From sequence record MH051335.1: a stretch of 64,000 nucleotides of DNA, one strand, 5' to 3'. The notes beneath the pieces were generated by a model. That model searched no databases. It had not been told where the DNA came from and worked only from the letters and a program-made list of their open reading frames with translations. The position numbers and the translations under genes are program-made. Shown here in pieces: positions 28,979 to 37,246 of this stretch. Numbering within the stretch: the first letter of the stretch is position 1; every line of letters starts with the position of its first letter. The DNA comes from Escherichia phage vB_EcoM-Ro157lw.

Positions 28979-29623
28979 ATGATTAACGCAAACGTAATAT
29001 CTAAAGGGACCGGATGCAGCATGGATGTTGCAGAGAAATGGGTGGACCCTTTCAAGCAGGCTTGTGAGCACTACGGAATCAAAAGCAAGAGTGCCATCGC
29101 GGCATTCCTTGCAAACGTAGGAGTAGAGACAGGCAGCTTGAAAACATTTGTGGAAAATCTCAACTACTCTGCACAGGGTCTTGCCAACACGTGGCCTAGT
29201 CGTTACAGCGTCAACGGTCGCTCTGGAAGTTCCCCGAACTCATTGGCCCTGTCGATTGCCCGTAAACCAATGGAAATCGCCAATAATACATATGCAAACC
29301 GCATGGGAAATGGTTCGGTAGCATCTGGCGACGGCTGGAAGTACCGTGGCCGTGGTGCCATTCAGCTGACTGGCAAGGCGAACTATGCGGAATATACGCG
29401 CCAATCAGGCTATGATGCGTTGAACAATCCTGATATTCTGACTGAACCAAAATACATTGCCGACAGCGCGGCATGGTTCTTTAAGAATAGCGGTTGTATC
29501 CCTCTTGCGGATGCAGGAAATTTTGATTCAACCGTTAAGCGAATTAACGGGGCCGCGCCGAACGCAGCAAACCACGGTGAGTTGCGAAGAAAGCGTTACA
29601 AAGATGCACTAGCAGTTATGTAA
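28979..29623 (+). CDS. endolysin, glycoside hydrolase family 19 (chitinase class I-like)
   Basis: GH19-type motifs including YRGRGAIQLTGKANY and AAFLANVGVETG; no signal peptide. Confidence 0.75.
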   Translation: MINANVISKGTGCSMDVAEKWVDPFKQACEHYGIKSKSAIAAFLANVGVETGSLKTFVENLNYSAQGLANTWPSRYSVNGRSGSSPNSLALSIARKPMEIANNTYANRMGNGSVASGDGWKYRGRGAIQLTGKANYAEYTRQSGYDALNNPDILTEPKYIADSAAWFFKNSGCIPLADAGNFDSTVKRINGAAPNAANHGELRRKRYKDALAVM

Positions 29624-29629
29624 GAAAAA

Positions 29630-29643
29630 GGCCCATATGGGCC
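29630..29643. terminator. bidirectional intrinsic terminator between convergent genes
   Basis: Perfect palindrome GGCCCATATGGGCC flanked by A-run upstream and T-run downstream. Confidence 0.6.
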
Positions 29644-29648
29644 TTTGT

Positions 29649-29879
29649 TTATTTTACGGCTTCAACTTGGACGGGCGGAGCGGAACTTGTATCAATGTCT
29701 GGCAAGTCGAAGTAATACCCCGCCATACCAATCACACCCACAATCGCGGCCCGTGCCACCTTGCTGCTAATTGACTCCCCAATAAGCTTTACCAACAGGG
29801 ATAAGATTTGAGACGTCAAAGCCTTTTTCAGCCTTTTGTTTTCTTCCAAATCTTTCTGCATAACTACCACCCATGTCAA
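29649..29879 (-). CDS. small protein with one C-proximal hydrophobic helix; holin or antiholin candidate
   Basis: 76 aa; AAIVGVIGMAGYYF hydrophobic segment; convergent with the endolysin. Confidence 0.35.
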   Translation of the reverse strand: MTWVVVMQKDLEENKRLKKALTSQILSLLVKLIGESISSKVARAAIVGVIGMAGYYFDLPDIDTSSAPPVQVEAVK

Positions 29880-30418
29880 CGCACTTCCTGTGTCTTAACA
29901 TTACCTGAAGCATCTCTCAAGGGCAGTGGATAGTAGGCCATTTGGTAGTCTGATACGCCTTCAATGTGATAAAACACGATTACGTCTTTGCTGTTGATGA
30001 GCATGTTAACGACATCTGATTTATCTTCTGGAGTGAGTATTAGTGCGCCGCCTGTCCTGCTGTCTACTGCAACAGGGTATGTCTTGTCGACAAGGCCGCT
30101 GTCCAATGTATTATACCTGACAACGATTTCAGGGGCATCAACTTTTGCCATTGACATTCCGAACACAAACGACACTACTTGTCGACCGCGATCATTCATT
30201 ACGCACATCTTTTCTTTGTCAAATCTTTCTTTTATTACGTCGTATTTGTTCCAGCAGAACTCAAAGGATTGCCCATTGTTGAAATATCTTGTCAAAACTT
30301 TTGCACTTCCATTCGGCGGCGTAAACATATTTTCAGCCGATGCAGTCTTGGTGAAGAATATAACTGTCAGCATAGCCATGATGATGATCAAAACAATCTT
30401 TAATTTGTTCGCTTTCAT
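29876..30418 (-). CDS. secreted or membrane-anchored protein (180 aa) with N-terminal signal sequence
   Basis: N-terminus MKANKLKIVLIIIMAMLTVIFFTKTASA (basic n-region, hydrophobic core, ASA cleavage-like site). Confidence 0.5.
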   Translation of the reverse strand: MKANKLKIVLIIIMAMLTVIFFTKTASAENMFTPPNGSAKVLTRYFNNGQSFEFCWNKYDVIKERFDKEKMCVMNDRGRQVVSFVFGMSMAKVDAPEIVVRYNTLDSGLVDKTYPVAVDSRTGGALILTPEDKSDVVNMLINSKDVIVFYHIEGVSDYQMAYYPLPLRDASGNVKTQEVR

Positions 30419-30502
30419 TATAATTCACCTTTTGATTATGAATATTAATAGTATAGGCTCAAGGTTTTGAAAGTAAATACGCCGAAAGTAAATAAAAGAA
30501 AA

Positions 30503-30518
30503 GCCGGAAATTTCCGGC
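30503..30518 (-). terminator. intrinsic terminator downstream of the ligase gene
   Basis: Perfect palindrome GCCGGAAATTTCCGGC followed on the minus strand by TTTTCTTTTATTT. Confidence 0.55.
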
Positions 30519-30593
30519 TTTATGTATACACTGTATATTAAATTCTAGAAAACAGCGCGATAGATTATACGCACCAATTATTTATCCAGTGTG

Positions 30594-31571
30594 TTAAAAA
30601 TACTCCATATCGGTGATATCACGGAAGCACTTATACAAGGCAGAGCGCGGCACGTCAACTATGCCAAAGTTAAAGAATTTATATGTCAGATACTTGTTTC
30701 GATAATTCTCGCGATTCTCCCAAAGCATTTTTCTCTCTGCCATAGGCATTGAACCAGCGGAGACGCGGAAGGGAATCATTTCACCTTTCTCATCAACATA
30801 TTTTGGATTGACAACCACAAATGATCCAAGGTATCCTTTTGCAACTAAGCCTTCAGCCTCTTTCGAACGCTTAGTGCGACCCAGCTCATCAATGAATGCT
30901 TCGTTGTTGTTCTCCATCATCTCAACGAAGTCTATGATCAGTCCTTCTTCATCGGTCCACGGCTTGTCCTTCCACACATCACGTGACTTTGGCGTCGCGC
31001 GGCCATGCTTGTATTTGCCCGTCCAAGACTTGCCATACAAGCCTTCATAGCCAAGCTGGTCTGCTTCGATTTGCATCGCCGCGTACTGTTCCATATTTTC
31101 GATGTTTCGATATTCGAGAGCGCGAAGGAATGGGCGTCGACCATGGTTGATGAGGTGCTGATTGACTTCAGCAACTCTAGCGCGATAGTTTGCATAACGT
31201 TTTTCAAAAGGCAAATCAGGGTCGCTGAAGTCATCAAACACCCACCATGTAAAGTTAGTGATTGCATCAGTGTTCATGCATGCAGTATAGGCCTGTTGCA
31301 TGACGTTCTTGTCGTTCGGATTGCCGTCAATTAGCTCTCCATCAAGGCCGTGAATCAATTCACCCAAAAAGAGGAACTCTTTCTTGATTTGAATGTTGCG
31401 CAACGCCATGCCGGACGTGCCCATTGGCAAATTGTCATATGCCATCGCGCGTATGCCATCGACCTTGAATGACAGTCCGCAAGGCAGCGGCACATCTTCG
31501 CCGCGCTCGATGATTTGTTTACGCTGGCACCCTTTCATTGGTTTTAATGCTTTGATTTCTCCTGCCATCAC
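30594..31571 (-). CDS. ATP-dependent DNA ligase
   Basis: Adenylation motif I KVDGIRA (KxDGxR) with Lys nucleophile; size about 325 aa. Confidence 0.8.
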   Translation of the reverse strand: MMAGEIKALKPMKGCQRKQIIERGEDVPLPCGLSFKVDGIRAMAYDNLPMGTSGMALRNIQIKKEFLFLGELIHGLDGELIDGNPNDKNVMQQAYTACMNTDAITNFTWWVFDDFSDPDLPFEKRYANYRARVAEVNQHLINHGRRPFLRALEYRNIENMEQYAAMQIEADQLGYEGLYGKSWTGKYKHGRATPKSRDVWKDKPWTDEEGLIIDFVEMMENNNEAFIDELGRTKRSKEAEGLVAKGYLGSFVVVNPKYVDEKGEMIPFRVSAGSMPMAERKMLWENRENYRNKYLTYKFFNFGIVDVPRSALYKCFRDITDMEYF

Positions 31572-32161
31572 TCAAACTCCTTATTCATCACTTGTTCCAT
31601 TGCATAGGCGTAAGCCTGATCAGTCGATTTGATAAACGTTCCGTTGTACATCACTCCTTTACGGTCCTTGATGTCTTCATAGGCGGCTTGAGCGCAATCA
31701 GACAGTCGAAGTCCATAATCATGCGCTACGCCGGAAAGATAATCGACTGCGGCCATGATGGTGACATCAATATCCATACTCTGATTTTTAGCAATGGCGT
31801 CACCAAGCCGTCCGAGAGTCTTTGCCAAGCGAAGGATAAACGAGTGAGGGTGGGCACCTTTGTCAGCGCAACCGCCGCCGTTGATGTCTTCGATTTTTGC
31901 ACCATTTTGCGCGGCAAGAATAGTTAACACAACAAGGCAATCGCCGATGTCATCCTTGATTGCGGCTTGTAAATCACAGATGGCCTGCTCTGTATATCCG
32001 ATTTCAGGGTCAAAGAACACAAGGTCATGTAATTGATCAATGTGGTCGGTCAACTCCCCAAACTCGCTAATAAGCTTCGGGTATTGGTCCTTAAGGTCGC
32101 AGCCTTGGATGATGTTACGGTCAGAAGCCCACTGGCGAATGTTTGCATAAATCTGGTTCAT
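31568..32161 (-). CDS. mazG: MazG-like nucleoside triphosphate pyrophosphohydrolase
   Basis: EFGEL and DDIGDCLVVL motifs typical of all-alpha NTP pyrophosphohydrolases. Confidence 0.6.
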   Translation of the reverse strand: MNQIYANIRQWASDRNIIQGCDLKDQYPKLISEFGELTDHIDQLHDLVFFDPEIGYTEQAICDLQAAIKDDIGDCLVVLTILAAQNGAKIEDINGGGCADKGAHPHSFILRLAKTLGRLGDAIAKNQSMDIDVTIMAAVDYLSGVAHDYGLRLSDCAQAAYEDIKDRKGVMYNGTFIKSTDQAYAYAMEQVMNKEFE

Positions 32162-32676
32162 TTATTTTCCTTTGATGCATTGAATTGATCGATTTTAATT
32201 TTAGCCTGATTATAAGTATCAATCAAGCTATTAACCTTCTCTTTTAATCGGTTTGTTTCTGCGGCGAACTGAACAAGAAAACTGACATCTTCTTCTGATA
32301 GTCCACAGTTTCCTTCTGGGATAGAGAGGCGTCCAGTGGTCGCAGAGTCGGGCATACTCCTGAGTAATTCACGGGAGCAGCTGAGTTGCTCGCGCAGCTT
32401 GATATTCCCAGACTTGTAACGAGCAATAGTGTCATCAGCAACCAGTTGCGCTTCCTGGCGACCCTTCTCATATGCCGATGCCGATTCAACCTGTAAAGAT
32501 GCAATTTGCTCTTCGAGTGCATTTATCTTGTCCTTACGCTCATTGAGCGATGTCAGATATTGATTATCCTTGGCCAGTGATGCGTTGGTTTGCTGAAGGT
32601 CTTCAACGTATGATCCAGCGGCGAACGCGCCAACAAGGGCCAGAATCTTCAGAAGCGGCACAATTCTTTCTATCAT
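32158..32676 (-). CDS. i-spanin (Rz-like inner-membrane spanin)
   Basis: N-terminal transmembrane helix IVPLLKILALVGAFAAGSYV, then coiled-coil periplasmic domain; a lipoprotein ORF is embedded in the +1 frame. Confidence 0.5.
   Translation of the reverse strand: MIERIVPLLKILALVGAFAAGSYVEDLQQTNASLAKDNQYLTSLNERKDKINALEEQIASLQVESASAYEKGRQEAQLVADDTIARYKSGNIKLREQLSCSRELLRSMPDSATTGRLSIPEGNCGLSEEDVSFLVQFAAETNRLKEKVNSLIDTYNQAKIKIDQFNASKENK
32244..32435 (-). CDS. o-spanin (Rz1-like outer-membrane lipoprotein) fully embedded in the i-spanin gene
   Basis: 63 aa; signal MTLLLVTSLGISS followed by lipobox Cys; Pro-containing short mature peptide; different frame inside 32158-32676. Confidence 0.4.
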   Translation of the reverse strand: MTLLLVTSLGISSCASNSAAPVNYSGVCPTLRPLDASLSQKETVDYQKKMSVFLFSSPQKQTD

Positions 32677-32733
32677 GATGCACCAGATAAATAAAAGGCC
32701 GCCAATCGGCAGCCTTGTTGATTTGATTGTCGA

Positions 32734-33594
32734 TTAAAACTCTTCTGCGTCGGTCGGAGTTTCATTAACAGGGCCAGCGGCACCGCTTGCTTCTTCCTGC
32801 TTGCTGCGGTCAATGTTAACGTTGCCGCCAACTACATCGTTGTGGAATGCTTTGGCGACTTCATACAGACCTTTGTCCTGCACCAGACCTTCCAGCTCAA
32901 ACTTCAGAACTGACCAGGTGTTGCCATCTTTAGACTGAGACGCAGTACCCATGCGAACGATGTTCATGAAGGTCGGCGGAGTTTTCAGGCCCTGCGGAGT
33001 CTGAACTTTCTTCTGCTGCAGAGCGGTCATCAGCATGCGAGACGGCTTGATCATGGAAGAAGTCAGAGACAGCATTGCGCTACCAAATTCACCAGTTTCT
33101 TCGTTCAACAGGATCACAAAGTGGTTACGTGTATCTGCGTAGTAAGGTGATTTCTTCTCGTGCACCTTGCCGTTTTCGTCTGGCACAAACACCTTACCGT
33201 TGATTTCAACAGCGCGGCCTGCTGCGACTTCTGCATCAACGTGCTCTTTGGTGAATTCACCTTTAAAGCCTTTATCGTCGGACTCGCGACCGCCCCAAAG
33301 GATGAAGGTGCGTTTGAATGCGCAAGGGATGATCTGCACACCTTTCTTGCCGTCATACAATTCACCAGTAACGGTGTTGTACAACATACCAGCTTTTGCG
33401 CCAGGAACGTGTTTTGGATCATCTTCGTCGACCATCGGAGACATCTTTTGCAGTACGACGATAAAAGGAATGGCATAAGCGTCGGCATCGGCACCTTCAA
33501 AGCCAGCGCCAAAATCGGTCATGTCGACAAAATCAGCCATAGCGGACATCTGGGTGTTTTTCACTGCAACTTCGGTAGTTTCTTTCTTAGACAT
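32734..33594 (-). CDS. single-stranded DNA-binding protein candidate (T7 gp2.5-like) with acidic C-terminal tail ending in Phe
   Basis: C-terminus ...ETPTDAEEF; location in replication module. Confidence 0.45.
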   Translation of the reverse strand: MSKKETTEVAVKNTQMSAMADFVDMTDFGAGFEGADADAYAIPFIVVLQKMSPMVDEDDPKHVPGAKAGMLYNTVTGELYDGKKGVQIIPCAFKRTFILWGGRESDDKGFKGEFTKEHVDAEVAAGRAVEINGKVFVPDENGKVHEKKSPYYADTRNHFVILLNEETGEFGSAMLSLTSSMIKPSRMLMTALQQKKVQTPQGLKTPPTFMNIVRMGTASQSKDGNTWSVLKFELEGLVQDKGLYEVAKAFHNDVVGGNVNIDRSKQEEASGAAGPVNETPTDAEEF

Positions 33595-33653
33595 TTGATG
33601 TTTTCCTATAGTATCAAGTTTCGTGGCAACCTGATTTCAAGATAAAGGTTAAA

Positions 33654-34211
33654 TTACTTTTTGCTTTTAGGCAAGGTTATTTTAGCTTCTTTATACTCAA
33701 AAACGCTAATATCTTCACTAACTGGATTACCCGCTTCCAGCTGTTCTTTTACAAATGACTTCAGTGTAGCAGAGTGAACGCCTTGTTTCAACGTGGCTTC
33801 AACACCATCTTCACGCAGCGCGGCAACAATCTCTTGCGCTTGCTCGATTTCTTCGCGACCGAACTCAGCCGTGACGCTGGACTTGATCAAGCCGCCGTAA
33901 CCGTTGTTGACAAGCCAATCGAATACCTTCAATTCATTTTCTTTCTTGATTGAAGCATTGACTTTTGACTCGACCTTGATTTTGGTCTTGTCTTCAAGCT
34001 TGATTTCGGACACGCCAAGCTCATCCATGACGCCAGGAAGCAGAACAGTTTTGATTTCACTGATGCGCTGCTTTTGCATATCAGCTTCATCTTCAAGCTC
34101 TGTCAAAGCTTCTTGGCGCTCTGCCAATTCCGATACTAAGCGCGCAAGGCGCTCTTGGATGCTCTCAGGAGCGACCTGCGGCAAATCATCTTCCCAATTA
34201 ATATTGCTCAT
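33654..34211 (-). CDS. hypothetical coiled-coil protein (185 aa), possible recombination or replication accessory
   Basis: Acidic, predicted long helices; adjacent to SSB-like gene; no diagnostic motif. Confidence 0.4.
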   Translation of the reverse strand: MSNINWEDDLPQVAPESIQERLARLVSELAERQEALTELEDEADMQKQRISEIKTVLLPGVMDELGVSEIKLEDKTKIKVESKVNASIKKENELKVFDWLVNNGYGGLIKSSVTAEFGREEIEQAQEIVAALREDGVEATLKQGVHSATLKSFVKEQLEAGNPVSEDISVFEYKEAKITLPKSKK

Positions 34212-34471
34212 ATTTTACCTTCTTGCATTAGCCCTTCAACACGGGTCATTTGATAACGTTCAGGTTTCCAAGCCGCCAAAGCCTTCTCAGCGCCTTTTAA
34301 GGTTTTATATGCCTTGATGCCAGGCATAATAACGGTATTCACCCCAGCACCGTTGCCATAATCAAACTCTTTTACAACGCGGAACATGCCGTCAATTTCT
34401 TTGACCAAAAGACGTTTGAACGCGATTGCGCCAGTAGCTTCATTTTTGTAACGTTCAAGGATGCGTACCAT
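34208..34471 (-). CDS. hypothetical protein (87 aa)
   Basis: ORF with overlapping stop/start in operon. Confidence 0.4.
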   Translation of the reverse strand: MVRILERYKNEATGAIAFKRLLVKEIDGMFRVVKEFDYGNGAGVNTVIMPGIKAYKTLKGAEKALAAWKPERYQMTRVEGLMQEGKI

Positions 34472-34545
34472 TTTGTATTCCTCTATTTCGTTTCGATGAA
34501 GTAATTATGACTCATCTTCCGTGACAAGTCAAATTATTTTTGATA

Positions 34546-36069
34546 TTAATTCATCTTTTTGCCGTCGAGGATGTGATCAGCAAGCATTGACTTCATACTG
34601 AGTGAACGCTGAATTTCTTCGTCGATGGTATCAACACCAATAAAATCAACATACAACACGCTTGATTTGGTGCCGATGCGGTGATTTCGGTCTTCGGATT
34701 GCTTGCGCAACTCGTTATCGTAGTTGCAAGAATAATAAATTGCCAAGTCGGCGGCGGTAAGCGTGATGCCGATGCCTGCCGCTGCAGCGTGGCAAACCAA
34801 GACTTGCGTTCCGCCGTTCTCGACTGTATTCTTCTGGAAGTCATCAATTAAGAACTCTCGCTGCTCTTTGGACGTTTCACCATTGTATACACCAGTGACC
34901 ACGCCTTCAGACTCAAGCCAGTCCTTAATCTGGTTCATCTCTTCCTTAAAGATGGCCCAAACGATGAATTTGCGCTCTGGGTCGTCTTCCAGCACACCTT
35001 CCACATAATCCTTAAAGGCCGTGAATCGTGGGTTGTCTTCCATGTAGACCATCTCATCATACACCTTAACAAAGCCGGATGTAACCTGCTTCATCTTAGT
35101 GCGAGACGCGATCATCTCAAACTTGACGTTTTCTTCTTCGCCCTTGTATTCCATCAAATAGTTGTACTCATTCTTGAGTTCATCGTAAACATCACGTTGT
35201 TTAGGCGACAACTCGAAGTCGATAAACTTGTACACCTTCTCTGGAAGGTCCGGCAAGTATTCCGCTTTTGTCGCACGAAAATAGTGCGGTTCCATCAGCC
35301 GGATAAGCTTGTCAAGGTTTTTGTACATCGGTCGACCAAACTGGTCTTTGCGCGGCACTTGCGGAATCCCATAACCATTGCCGCCGATTTTCTTGAGGAT
35401 GGCTTGCATCTCTGGGTCGTGCGCTTCAAGTAGCACTGTAAATTCAGAGTTAAAGGCACGGAATGATTTGGTGCCGAGCAATCCTGCTTCAAGGAAGTGG
35501 TATTGCATGTAAATATCCGCAGGCGAGCGCGGCAACGGCGTGCCAGAAAGGATTCGACGGGCCTTTGCCAGCCGTCCCAATTCCACAACCTTGATGGAGC
35601 GTTTGGCTGTGTTATTCTTGATGCGCGTTGATTCGTCGATGATCATCAGGCAGCGGTACTTCTTCAAGACCGACTCGATGTGTTGATAACCGACTGGTGT
35701 GTTGACAGTATCGATGTTGAATGAGAAGATGCGCGCAGGCACTTCGCCTTCGGGGTAGTGATCAGCAAACATCTTCTCCCAAAGCGCCTTGCCCTTTTTA
35801 GTTTTCATCTTATCGTTGCCGCACCAGTAGTGCCCAATCCACTTGATGGAAAGGTGCTCTGGCGCTTCACGACGAATCCAGTTTGAGTGGACCCCGTTTG
35901 GAGCGATGACGACCATGGCGTCGAAAGCGCCAGCGGTGAAGTGCTTTTCAAACTCTGCCAAAGCGGTCCAAGTTTTACCAAGACCCTGTTCCATGAAATA
36001 GGCAAAGTATTTTCTGCGGCCTGCTTTATCAAGCGCCAGAAGCTGGTGGCGCATCCCTTGTGTTTTCAT
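34546..36069 (-). CDS. SNF2-family (SF2) DNA helicase / translocase
   Basis: Motif I GLGKT, motif II DESTRIKN, C-terminal helicase domain; followed by VRR-NUC gene as commonly seen in phages. Confidence 0.75.
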   Translation of the reverse strand: MKTQGMRHQLLALDKAGRRKYFAYFMEQGLGKTWTALAEFEKHFTAGAFDAMVVIAPNGVHSNWIRREAPEHLSIKWIGHYWCGNDKMKTKKGKALWEKMFADHYPEGEVPARIFSFNIDTVNTPVGYQHIESVLKKYRCLMIIDESTRIKNNTAKRSIKVVELGRLAKARRILSGTPLPRSPADIYMQYHFLEAGLLGTKSFRAFNSEFTVLLEAHDPEMQAILKKIGGNGYGIPQVPRKDQFGRPMYKNLDKLIRLMEPHYFRATKAEYLPDLPEKVYKFIDFELSPKQRDVYDELKNEYNYLMEYKGEEENVKFEMIASRTKMKQVTSGFVKVYDEMVYMEDNPRFTAFKDYVEGVLEDDPERKFIVWAIFKEEMNQIKDWLESEGVVTGVYNGETSKEQREFLIDDFQKNTVENGGTQVLVCHAAAAGIGITLTAADLAIYYSCNYDNELRKQSEDRNHRIGTKSSVLYVDFIGVDTIDEEIQRSLSMKSMLADHILDGKKMN

Positions 36070-36488
36070 GACAATTCCTCTAAATACTTGATGATGTGAT
36101 GGATGGACCCGCTCGCGGCGACCATATCCAAAATCTCACCCTTAGTATATTCTTTTAATCGCAATGAAGGGTGAACTAAATAATAAGCCTTTTCAGAATC
36201 TACCTTCAGCAGCACAAATGACGAGAACTTCCAATCATTCCAAGAAGTCAAAAAGCTTTGTTGGCCTTTCTCAAATGCACTTTTAAAAGGAAGAGTGGTG
36301 GCCCTTGCAGGCCACGATTCAAAAAACTTCATTTCAAGCCAAAAGCCGCGCCCTTTCCGGTTGGTGCCGATTACATCCGGCACACCATCACCCGTCATGG
36401 ATTCGATTCTTTGAAGCTTCAGTACTGATTCTGAATGCTTCTTCAAAGGAACGAAAATGTATTTTTGTTCACGGTTATTTGTTGCCAT
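36066..36488 (-). CDS. VRR-NUC domain nuclease (PD-(D/E)xK fold)
   Basis: GVPDVIG...GFWLEMK matches the D...E-x-K catalytic pattern; adjacent to SNF2 helicase. Confidence 0.55.
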   Translation of the reverse strand: MATNNREQKYIFVPLKKHSESVLKLQRIESMTGDGVPDVIGTNRKGRGFWLEMKFFESWPARATTLPFKSAFEKGQQSFLTSWNDWKFSSFVLLKVDSEKAYYLVHPSLRLKEYTKGEILDMVAASGSIHHIIKYLEELS

Positions 36489-37131
36489 CTGGATACACCT
36501 GTTTGATCACGTCGACTATAAACATGTCAATGCCTTCAAGCTTTCGACCTTTCATCAGGAAGAATGCACCGTTCCCGACGTTCTCTGCAATGTATTTCCC
36601 GTATTTCTGGAACTTCTCTGGACGAATCCTGAAGCGCATTGGCGAGTCGGTCGAGTCGTCCTTGCACATAAGGTCGATGAACTGAGTTTCAAGCTTGTTT
36701 CCATACTGATCAAACTCTGCGTAGCGGCCATCGGCCTGAAGACCCTTTTTAAGCTTGCCGTGCTTTGTATAAATGCCGCGCTCAAGACGTTTACGGATGC
36801 GTGTTGCTTCGTTCTCGTCAGCCAGCACTTTCTTGGTCAACTTGCCGATTACTATTGCACGCTCGTCATCGCCGACTTCCTTCATCTGACGTATTGAAGC
36901 ACCGGAAGTAACGCCAATCAGATAGGGGTCATTATACGCCCAGCCAAACTTGGTGTGCATCTCTGTAAGGTCGCCGTATTTGACTTCAGCATTGGCCAAT
37001 GCATCCTTTTGTTTTTGCGTTAAGGTTCCGGCTTCACGTGCTTCGATGTACTTCATCGCTTTCACCATTCCGTACCCTTTAGCGTTCATGATGCCGCCAA
37101 TTAGCTTTCCGTTAGCGATTGGCCAATGCAT
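36475..37131 (-). CDS. dnaE: DNA polymerase III alpha-like protein, C-terminal fragment (separated from the N-terminal ORF by a frameshifting 127-bp duplication)
   Basis: First 45 residues duplicate the last 45 residues of the upstream ORF 37112-39499; removing one copy of the duplication fuses both ORFs in frame. Confidence 0.6.
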   Translation of the reverse strand: MHWPIANGKLIGGIMNAKGYGMVKAMKYIEAREAGTLTQKQKDALANAEVKYGDLTEMHTKFGWAYNDPYLIGVTSGASIRQMKEVGDDERAIVIGKLTKKVLADENEATRIRKRLERGIYTKHGKLKKGLQADGRYAEFDQYGNKLETQFIDLMCKDDSTDSPMRFRIRPEKFQKYGKYIAENVGNGAFFLMKGRKLEGIDMFIVDVIKQVYPDGNK

Positions 37132-37246
37132 CCTTTTGTTTTTGCGTTAAGGTTCCGGCTTCACGTGCTTCGATGTACTTCATCGCTTTCACCATTCCGT
37201 ACCCTTTAGCGTTCATGATGCCGCCAATTAGCTTTCCGTTAGCGAT
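36991..37246. repeat. perfect tandem duplication, unit 127 bp (two copies, 36991-37117 and 37118-37244, identity extends 2 nt further)
   Basis: seq[i] equals seq[i+127] across the whole span, read directly; lies inside the polymerase coding region. Confidence 0.9.
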
